NCBI GenBank assembly: GCA_965205505.1
Contig: CBDBHB010000009.1
Coordinates: 2,464,001 to 2,528,000, forward strand
DNA: 64,000 bases
Source of the DNA: Acidobacteriota bacterium
GTDB lineage: Bacteria > Acidobacteriota > UBA890 > WLXD01
Direction: 5' to 3'
Shown: positions 39,986-47,568 of the stretch, in pieces
Layout of the letters: every line of letters starts with the position of its first letter
Numbering within the stretch: position 1 is the stretch's first letter
Position numbers and translations under genes: made by a program
Notes under the pieces: generated by a model
The model's database searches: none
Seen by the model: the letters and a program-made list of their open reading frames with translations, nothing else
Told to the model about the DNA's origin: nothing

Positions 39986-42880
39986 ATGTGGAGCTGCTCC
40001 CGAGGCATCACACCGGTGCTCGTTTTGCTCGCTGCCGCTGCGGCGTGCAGCACCACCGAGATCCCATTCGAGCAAGGCGACCACGTGGTGCTCATCGGCA
40101 ACGCGCTGGCGGACCGCATGCAGCATGACGGCTGGCTGGAAGCGCACCTGCAATCGGAGCTCCCGGATCTGCAACTGGTGATCCGCAACCACGGCTTTGC
40201 CGGCGACCGCCTCGATCATCGCCCGCGCGTCAAGGGATCGGTGCCTGGTCGTGATGACGGGCCTGCCGGGCCCGGGTTCCCGAGCGCCGACGAGTATCTG
40301 TTGTTCTCGCAAGCCGACGTCGTCGTCGCCATGTTCGGCTACAACGAATCCTTCGACGGGCAACCGGCGCAGTTTGCCGAAGCGTTGAACGACTGGATCG
40401 ATCATACGCGAGCGCAGAGCTATTCCGGCCGCGGAGCGCCGCGGATCGTGCTGCTGTCTCCCATCGCGCACGAGGACCTTCACGACCCGAACCTACCGGA
40501 CGGCCGCGAGAACAACGCCCGCCTCGCCGCCTACACGGAGGCCATGGCGGCGGTGGCGCGAGACAGGAGCGTGCCCTACGTCGACCTGTTCGGTCCTTCG
40601 CAGGAGCTCTATCGCGCCGCCGCGGATCCGCTGACCATTAACGGCATTCACCTGAATAGCGACGGCAACCGGCGAATCGCCGAGGTGATCGTCGAGTCAT
40701 TGGTGGGTCGGGCGCCGAGTGCCGATCCGGAGACGCTCGAGGCGGTGCGCACCGCGGTTCTCGACAAGAACTGGCACTGGTTCAACCGCTACCGCGCCAC
40801 GGACGGCAACGACGTCTGGGGCACACGCTCATCGCTCGCCTTCACCGATGACCAGACGAACTTCGAGGTGCTGCAGCACGAGCTCACGCAGCTCGACGTG
40901 ATGGCTGCGAACCGCGATGCGGTGACCTGGGCCGCGGCCAACGGCGCCTCCCTGGCGCCCGACGACTCCGACGTGCCCAAGCCCGTCGAGGTCAAGACGA
41001 ACCTGGCGGAGCCTCAGGTTCAGGACGGCGTGAGCATCACCGGCACGCTCGACTTCATGACCCCGCAGGAGAGCATCGACAAGATGTCCCTGGACGAGGG
41101 CCTGCGCGCCAATCTCTTCGCCTCCGAGGAGATGTTCCCGGAGCTCATCAACCCGGTGCAGCTCGGCGTCGACACGCGCGGGCGGCTGTGGGCGGCGACG
41201 TGGGCGACCTACCCGAAGTGGGAGCCGACCAAGGCGATGGACGATCGCCTGCTGATCCTCCCCGACGAGGATCGCGACGGCGTCGCCGACGAGGCGATCA
41301 CCTTCGCCTACGTACACAATCCGACCGGCTTCGAGTTCTGGAACGGCGGCGTGATCGTCGCCTCGGTGCCCGACCTGCTGTTCCTCAAGGACACCGACGG
41401 CGACGACGTGGCCGATGTGCGCATCCGCGTCCTCGGCGCGCTCGGATCGGCAGACACACATCACTCGGCCAACAACTTCGTATACGGTCCCGACGGGTTC
41501 ATCTACTACCAGCGCGGCATCTTCAACGTTTCCAACGTCGAGACGCCCTGGAGGTCGAACCAGGAATCGAACGCCTCCGGGATGTACCGCTTCAACCCGC
41601 GCACCTACGAGTTCAGCTTCCACGCCGAGAATGTGCCCAACGCGCACGGAATCAGCTTCGACTACTGGGGCTACCACTACGCCACCGACGCCACCGGCGG
41701 AGCCGCCTATCAGGTGAAGCCTAACGGCGACGCCTCGTTCAGCATGCGCTCGTTGCTGCAGCACACAGTGCGACCGGTGCCGAGCAGCGGAATCCTCTCC
41801 AGCGCGCACTTTCCCGACGAGAGCCAGGGTAACTTCCTTATCCTCAACGCCATCGCGTTCCTCGGGATCAAGCAATACGAGCTGACGTTCGACACCGACA
41901 CCGACACCGGCGACGTGCACGGCACCGAGATCGACGATTTCCTGGTCTCCACCGACCCCAACTTCCGGCCCACCGACTTCGAGATCGCCGACGACGGTGC
42001 GGTGTACGTCGCCGACTGGGCCAATGCCATCGTTGGACACATGCAGCACAACGTGCGCGACCCTGCTCGCGACCATGCGCACGGGCGCATCCACCGGATC
42101 ACCGTGCCGGGGCGGCCGTTGTCGGACCACGTCGCCATCGATGGACGGCCGATCCCGGAGCTGCTCGCTGCTCTCGAGCATCCGATCAACGGCATCCGGC
42201 GTCGGGCGCGCGTGGAGCTTTCCGAACGCGACAGCGCCGCGGTGATTGCCGCCACCGAGGAGTGGCTGCAGCAGTTCGATGCCCGCGGTGCGCGCGACGC
42301 GCACCATTTTCTGGAAGCGCTCTGGGTGCATCAGCAGCACAACGTCGTCAACCGCGACCTGCTGGCGCTAGTGCTCAACTCTCCCGAGCCGCACGCGCGC
42401 ATCGCGGCCCGGACAGTGGAACAGTTCTGGGATCACAACGCCGCGGAGCCGTTCGACTTCGCCTCGCGGCTTGCGGACGACCCCGACATCGAAGACGTCA
42501 CTCCCGATCCGGACGCCATCGTCATCCGGACGCTCGTCGACCAGATGCGGTTCGATATTGCCGAGTTCACCGTCAACCCCGGGCAGAGCGTGAAGATCTG
42601 GTTCGAGAACCCCGACTACATGCCGCACAACCTGATCATCGGCGAGCCCGGCTCGGCCGAGGAGATCGGCCTGGCCGCCGAGGCGCTCGGCGCGGTGGGC
42701 TTCGCCGTCGGGTTCCTGCCCGCCAGTGACAAGATCATTGCCGCGTCGGAGTTGCTCAACCACCGCGAGTACCAGGTGCTCGAGTTCACCGCTCCGAGCG
42801 TGGTCGGCGACTACGACTTTCTTTGCACGTTCCCGAACCACTGGCAAACGATGCAGGGGCTCATGCGGGTGGTGGAGTAG
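39986..42880 (+). CDS. Multidomain lipoprotein: SGNH-like + PVC-type beta-propeller + HEAT + azurin-like cupredoxin
   Basis: Lipobox AAAC; GNALAD, GYNES and NGIH; DTDGDDVAD, FVYGPDG, FRPTD, VADW; C-terminal HN and CTFPNHWQTM. Confidence 0.8.
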   Translation: MWSCSRGITPVLVLLAAAAACSTTEIPFEQGDHVVLIGNALADRMQHDGWLEAHLQSELPDLQLVIRNHGFAGDRLDHRPRVKGSVPGRDDGPAGPGFPSADEYLLFSQADVVVAMFGYNESFDGQPAQFAEALNDWIDHTRAQSYSGRGAPRIVLLSPIAHEDLHDPNLPDGRENNARLAAYTEAMAAVARDRSVPYVDLFGPSQELYRAAADPLTINGIHLNSDGNRRIAEVIVESLVGRAPSADPETLEAVRTAVLDKNWHWFNRYRATDGNDVWGTRSSLAFTDDQTNFEVLQHELTQLDVMAANRDAVTWAAANGASLAPDDSDVPKPVEVKTNLAEPQVQDGVSITGTLDFMTPQESIDKMSLDEGLRANLFASEEMFPELINPVQLGVDTRGRLWAATWATYPKWEPTKAMDDRLLILPDEDRDGVADEAITFAYVHNPTGFEFWNGGVIVASVPDLLFLKDTDGDDVADVRIRVLGALGSADTHHSANNFVYGPDGFIYYQRGIFNVSNVETPWRSNQESNASGMYRFNPRTYEFSFHAENVPNAHGISFDYWGYHYATDATGGAAYQVKPNGDASFSMRSLLQHTVRPVPSSGILSSAHFPDESQGNFLILNAIAFLGIKQYELTFDTDTDTGDVHGTEIDDFLVSTDPNFRPTDFEIADDGAVYVADWANAIVGHMQHNVRDPARDHAHGRIHRITVPGRPLSDHVAIDGRPIPELLAALEHPINGIRRRARVELSERDSAAVIAATEEWLQQFDARGARDAHHFLEALWVHQQHNVVNRDLLALVLNSPEPHARIAARTVEQFWDHNAAEPFDFASRLADDPDIEDVTPDPDAIVIRTLVDQMRFDIAEFTVNPGQSVKIWFENPDYMPHNLIIGEPGSAEEIGLAAEALGAVGFAVGFLPASDKIIAASELLNHREYQVLEFTAPSVVGDYDFLCTFPNHWQTMQGLMRVVE

Positions 42881-43041
42881 GGGGGGAAGACGCGAGGATC
42901 GTCGCAGGTGCGGCCGCTAGCTCCTCGCCCGTTGCCTGAGCCGGTTGCGACCCCCGACTTTCACTGATGCTGCCGCCACGACCCGTCGGGCAATTGGATC
43001 CAGTCACCTCGACGCGCGTCGGCGCGCAGCGCGGCAGCATC

Positions 43042-43073
43042 TGATACGGCATCACGTAGACGACGATGCCGGT
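43042..43073 (-). repeat. Degenerate copy of the DUF420 gene 3' end
   Basis: 28/32 identical to 44222-44253; reads TGIVVYVMPYQ versus TGIIIYVMLYH. Confidence 0.7.
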
Positions 43074-43112
43074 GACGCGGGTTGCTCTTGCGCTAAGGAG
43101 CGAGCCTGATCG

Positions 43113-44042
43113 CTAGCGGATTACGGTGTCTTCGCCACGCTCGTCAATCAACTTCTGGATGTGCTCAACGAGCCGTCCGCGTCGCTCCACGAGCGCGCCC
43201 ATCTGCGTCGGCGCGAGGTAGGTGTCGATCGCTGCGCGGATCTGTGCATCGGTCACCTGGTTCAGCAGCTGCCACGTGCGCCGAGTGCACCAGACGAACT
43301 CATCGCTGTACTTCAGCTCCCTGCGCATCTGGAATGCGCGTGAGTGATCGATCATCCAGAGCTTCCAATCGGCGTCGAAGAGGTAGTTGCCTGGGTTCCG
43401 GTCGTCGTTGAAGATCAAGCTGTCGAAGAGCCGCATGGCCTGGACCTGGCGCAGCCAGTCGCTTATCACCGGCGGGCGCAATCCCGCCTCGTTTCGATCG
43501 GTCTCGCTGCGCGTTTCCTCCATCCAGAGCTGTACACTGCCCTCGATTCCGTTGACCCTGCGGCATACCGTCGGCGGCACGTTGTCGAGCTCGAACAGGC
43601 GCGCCAGCACATAGGCAGCGCACTGGTTCTTGTAGCTGTCGTAGTAGCTGCGGAACATGCGCCCGCCCACGCGGGAGTCGCTCGTCACGTTGTTGATGGC
43701 GTGAAACGCTCCGCGCGCGCGGATGCCGTCGTGCTCGAGCACCAGGCGCTTTATCCCCGCGATGCCGATGCCGACATTCTCAGACGACACGATCCGGGCT
43801 GTGCGCAGGAACTCCGTCGCCTCATTGTAGGTTCGAAACGGCAATGGCTTGCCATCGGGCCCTGGCCACAAGCGGGGAATCTCTGCATGATCCTGAGACC
43901 GATGCGCCCAGGCGAGCGTGTTCGCACCGAGCGCCAGCGCCAACACCAGTGCCACGGTGACGGCGCCGAAGAAGCGCCCGGTCGCATCAACGTGGCGAGC
44001 AGTCGGGTCGCTTCTCTTGGGAACGGCCATGCGAACCTCCAT
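43113..44042 (-). CDS. Exported atypical kinase-like protein (PI3/4-kinase- or HipA-like fold)
   Basis: Signal-like N-terminus; AAYVLARL..VPPTV; GSVQLW; FDSLIFNDDRNPGN; MIDHSRAF. Confidence 0.7.
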   Translation of the reverse strand: MEVRMAVPKRSDPTARHVDATGRFFGAVTVALVLALALGANTLAWAHRSQDHAEIPRLWPGPDGKPLPFRTYNEATEFLRTARIVSSENVGIGIAGIKRLVLEHDGIRARGAFHAINNVTSDSRVGGRMFRSYYDSYKNQCAAYVLARLFELDNVPPTVCRRVNGIEGSVQLWMEETRSETDRNEAGLRPPVISDWLRQVQAMRLFDSLIFNDDRNPGNYLFDADWKLWMIDHSRAFQMRRELKYSDEFVWCTRRTWQLLNQVTDAQIRAAIDTYLAPTQMGALVERRGRLVEHIQKLIDERGEDTVIR

Positions 44043-44199
44043 CGCGTGCTGGCACCGAGGCCTCTACGCGGTAGGCACGCAAGGTAATCGAAACATTGGG
44101 CCGACATCAACAGCGGAGAGCACTATGGCCATGAAACGCACCCTGCAGACTCCCTCGAATTCCGTAGATGCCGGCGCAGCTCGGATTCATCGATGACGA

Positions 44200-44655
44200 T
44201 TACGGGGCAGTCCCGGGAACGTGATACAGCATCACGTAGATGATGATCCCGGTCAGCGAGACGTAGAGCCATATCGGCAGCGTCCAGCGCGCCAGCGCGG
44301 CGTGCTGCGCGAACCGCCCGCGGAGGGCGCGCGCCAGCGTCCACAGGACCATGGGCGCGGTGGTGACCGCGAGAACCGTATGGGTCAGCAGGATTGTCAT
44401 GAAGAGGGCGCGAACCGCCGTCCCGTCGTGCCCGAACCGCGTCGTGCCGATGTGGTAGTGGAGCGTCAGGTAGCCGGTCAGGAAGAACAGGCTGCTGACG
44501 AAGGCGCCGAGCATACAGGCACGATGCGCCCCGATACGGCGCCTGCGGATGAACCGGTAGCCGCTCAGCAGCAGTACGGCACAGGTGCCGTTGAGCCCGG
44601 CGTTGATGAGCGGCAGGGAGCGAACCCAGTCGGGAGCGGTATCCATCGGATGCAC
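44200..44655 (-). CDS. DUF420-family membrane protein
   Basis: LINAGLN, HRACM, ILLTHTVLA, ARWTLPIWLYVSLTG. Confidence 0.85.
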   Translation of the reverse strand: MHPMDTAPDWVRSLPLINAGLNGTCAVLLLSGYRFIRRRRIGAHRACMLGAFVSSLFFLTGYLTLHYHIGTTRFGHDGTAVRALFMTILLTHTVLAVTTAPMVLWTLARALRGRFAQHAALARWTLPIWLYVSLTGIIIYVMLYHVPGTAP

Positions 44656-44658
44656 AGC

Positions 44659-45552
44659 TCAGAAGACCTGCCGGTCGAGCAGCATGAGGGCGAGCAGCGC
44701 CGGCAGGTAGATCAACGAGTAAAGGAAGGCAGCCCGGTCGGTCCGCCGCGAGGGCTTCAATGCGGCGCGCACGGCGCTCCCCAGGAAACCCACACCGAGC
44801 AAGATCGACCCGGCCAGGTACACGGTTCCTGTCGCACCGGTCCAGACCAGCGACGCGGAGATCGGGATCAGCGCTACGCAGTAGAAGATCATGTGTCGAT
44901 ACGCTTGGGGATCGTCCTCCTGAACGCCCGTCATCATCATTCCGGCGCTGCGGTAGTCGTCGCGAAACAGCCGCGCGATAGCCAAGAAGTGGGGCATCTG
45001 CCAGAAGAACAGGATGGCGAACAGCACCGCGGCGGTGCGATCGAGCTGTCCGGTGGCCGCCGCCCAACCGATCATCGGCGGGGTGGCACCAGGAACTGCG
45101 CCGACCAGCGTGCAGAGCCGCGACAAACGCTTCAGCGGCGTGTAGACGAAGACGTAGAGCACGAACCCGCCAGCGCCCAGTGCTGCCGATAGAAGGTTGA
45201 CCTGGAACGCCAGAACGGCGACGCCGACGACCGCAAGCATGACTCCGAAGGCTCCGGCGGGCCCAGCCCATAGGCGCCCGGACGGCAGCGGTCGATCGCG
45301 TGTGCGGCGCATCAAGGCGTCGATTTCGCGCTCGTTTACCTGGTTGAGCGCGTTGGCCCCCCCTACCACGAGGATGGTGCCCAACAGCGCGAAGGCCAGC
45401 GGGATCAACGTCGCGCTCGGCCGTGGCGCCAGCAGGAACCCGGCCGCCGTGGTGGCGAGCACGAGCGCGCTCAGGCGCGGCTTGGTGAGCGCGATGTAGT
45501 CGGCTAGCCGGGTGGGAGGGCTGCTAGCTGCGGACGCCGACGATGTCGTCAA
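44659..45552 (-). CDS. ctaB: Protoheme IX farnesyltransferase (heme O synthase)
   Basis: LTKPR, NALNQV.EREIDALMRRTRDRPLPSG, YTPLKR, WQMPHF; TTG overlaps the ctaA TGA. Confidence 0.95.
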   Translation of the reverse strand: MTTSSASAASSPPTRLADYIALTKPRLSALVLATTAAGFLLAPRPSATLIPLAFALLGTILVVGGANALNQVNEREIDALMRRTRDRPLPSGRLWAGPAGAFGVMLAVVGVAVLAFQVNLLSAALGAGGFVLYVFVYTPLKRLSRLCTLVGAVPGATPPMIGWAAATGQLDRTAAVLFAILFFWQMPHFLAIARLFRDDYRSAGMMMTGVQEDDPQAYRHMIFYCVALIPISASLVWTGATGTVYLAGSILLGVGFLGSAVRAALKPSRRTDRAAFLYSLIYLPALLALMLLDRQVF

Positions 45553-46511
45553 GCGATTGCCCCCGAGATCTGCCGCACGTCGACGGGCGACTCTGATGAC
45601 GGGGCGATTCGGCGATGCGCCCGGGCGGTGAGCACGACCAGGCTGCAGAGCAACAGTGCGCCGCCGAGCACGTGTGCGGTGGTCGTGTAGACCTCCAGCT
45701 GCGAGATTACGCTGAGCGCTCCGAGGAGGACCTGCAGGGCCACGCAGCCGAGAGCCGCCAGCGCCGGGCGGCGGAACTCGGGCACGTCGGGATAACGAGC
45801 CCAGGCGCGCTCGGCGAGCCAGAACACCAGCGCGGTGACGACGAGCGCGCCGACTCGGTGCGACATGTGGAGGGCAATCGCCCCGCTGGTCAGATCGGGC
45901 AGCAACCGTCCGTTGCACAGCGGGAAATCGGGGCAGGCGAGACCGGCTCCGGTGTGGCGCATCGCCGCGCCGAGCAGGATCTGCAGGTAAGCTGCGGCGG
46001 TAGCTACCAGGGCGAGCCGCCGCAGCTCACCAGCAGGCGCCGCGGTTCGCCGGTGGGTGGCGTGCCAGCTTGGCGACGTTGCGATCGCCAGCAGCGTGAC
46101 GATTGCCAGGAACAGCATCGCCGTTCCCAAGTGCGACGTCGACACGACGGGCGGCAGCAGCCAGATCACCGTGATGCCGCCCAGCAGCGCCTGAACAACC
46201 ACCGTGCCGAGCGCCAGCCAACCCAGTCGTCGCACCCAAGCACGGGCCTCACAACGCGATACCCAGAACGCCAGCGCTGCGGTCATCAGGCCGACGGCGC
46301 CGGCGATCATGCGATGGCCGTGCTCGTAGAAGATTCCGCCCACCATCGGTGGGAAGAGCATGCCGTACGACAGCGGCCAGTCGGGTACCGCCAGGCCTGA
46401 GTCGGTACTGGTCACCATACCGCCCGCGACGATCAGCACCAGGGTCGCCGCTGTCACCAACAGCGCGTACCGGTGCAGCCACCCCCCGGCCGTCTCCTGG
46501 CGCCTGCTCAT
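45549..46511 (-). CDS. ctaA: Heme A synthase (COX15/CtaA)
   Basis: SGLAVPDWP, EHGHR, QALLG, GLACPDFPLC, HMSHR, TAHV. Confidence 0.92.
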   Translation of the reverse strand: MSRRQETAGGWLHRYALLVTAATLVLIVAGGMVTSTDSGLAVPDWPLSYGMLFPPMVGGIFYEHGHRMIAGAVGLMTAALAFWVSRCEARAWVRRLGWLALGTVVVQALLGGITVIWLLPPVVSTSHLGTAMLFLAIVTLLAIATSPSWHATHRRTAAPAGELRRLALVATAAAYLQILLGAAMRHTGAGLACPDFPLCNGRLLPDLTSGAIALHMSHRVGALVVTALVFWLAERAWARYPDVPEFRRPALAALGCVALQVLLGALSVISQLEVYTTTAHVLGGALLLCSLVVLTARAHRRIAPSSESPVDVRQISGAIA

Positions 46512-46536
46512 CGTGGTCTCGATTGTTCCCAAACGA

Positions 46537-46567
46537 CGTCGGCGCCCCTCTTGGTGGGGCGCCGACG
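46537..46567 (-). terminator. Hairpin between the cupredoxin lipoprotein gene and ctaA
   Basis: Perfect 12-bp stem cgtcggcgcccc/ggggcgccgacg with a 7-nt loop; only a weak U tract (tcgttt) on the minus strand. Confidence 0.5.
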
Positions 46568-46616
46568 AAGAAGGCCGTGCTGTGAGCCTCGTCGCAGCGC
46601 GACAGGCGTGTGGGGG

Positions 46617-47399
46617 TCAGCCTCCGAAGCTGATGCTCGCCGCGGCTGTCTCGTTCGGGGCCACGGTAACGCTCTGCGTCTGCGTGCCCAACGTTTCGTG
46701 CCACGCCTCGATCACGTAATCGCCTGGGGGCAGGTTGTCGATCGAGAAGCTGCCGTCGGTGCCCGACACGGCGAAGTACGGATGGTCGAACACGTTGATG
46801 AACGCCGACATCCAGGGGTGTACATCGCATCGTGCGGGAATGCCGACCTCGGCGTTGTCGAACACCTTTTCGATGACCATTCCGGCGAGCGGCTGCGCCT
46901 GGTTGAACGCGGAGTTTTCGTTCGGCTGGACGTTGACGTTATGGAGCGTGTCGTCGTCGTTGAGGATCGTCAGCATCTGGCCGGTGCGCAGCGCGACGAT
47001 GTGCGGTGCGTAGATGCACCCGTTCTGGCCCATGCTTGCCGGGCCGCTGGCGGCCGGGAAGGTGTAGCCTTCGAGCCCGGCGGCGACGTGCACGACCACG
47101 TTCATCAGGCCACCCGCGTCGTCGACCAGCACCGGCGACGTCGTCACTGTGTCGCTGTGGGCGAGCTGACAGAAGGGGTCGGCGGCCATCTGGATGGTGT
47201 CGGCGGCGGGCGCATCGCCCGAGAACATCACCGTGCCGCTGATGCCGCCGGCGTCGCTCAGGTCAGGCGCGGTTGCCGCTGGGGCGCTGGTATCCGGGGT
47301 CGGTGTGGCCGCATCGTCGACACCACCGCCGCAAGCGGCTACGGCGACGAGCGCGATCGATGCGACGACCGCTGCGAACTTTCGTTGCTGCATTGTCAA
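46617..47399 (-). CDS. Lipoprotein with cupredoxin-like and carboxypeptidase-regulatory-like domains
   Basis: Lipobox VAAC; Q.GC.Y.PH, LHNVN, CDVHPWM, DHPYFAV, EAWHE.LG. Confidence 0.8.
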   Translation of the reverse strand: MTMQQRKFAAVVASIALVAVAACGGGVDDAATPTPDTSAPAATAPDLSDAGGISGTVMFSGDAPAADTIQMAADPFCQLAHSDTVTTSPVLVDDAGGLMNVVVHVAAGLEGYTFPAASGPASMGQNGCIYAPHIVALRTGQMLTILNDDDTLHNVNVQPNENSAFNQAQPLAGMVIEKVFDNAEVGIPARCDVHPWMSAFINVFDHPYFAVSGTDGSFSIDNLPPGDYVIEAWHETLGTQTQSVTVAPNETAAASISFGG

Positions 47400-47568
47400 C
47401 TCCTAGGGCGATTCTCACCGCCGCGCCGGGATCGGGCGGAGCGCGGGAATCTGTTCAGAACAACGGCGTAGATTATGCCCTGATTGGGCGGGTCACGCCC
47501 GCCTGTCTGCGGGTGCAAGGCTGCTGCTGCGTTGCGTCCAGGAAGCGCTGCTATTCCTTCACGGGAAA

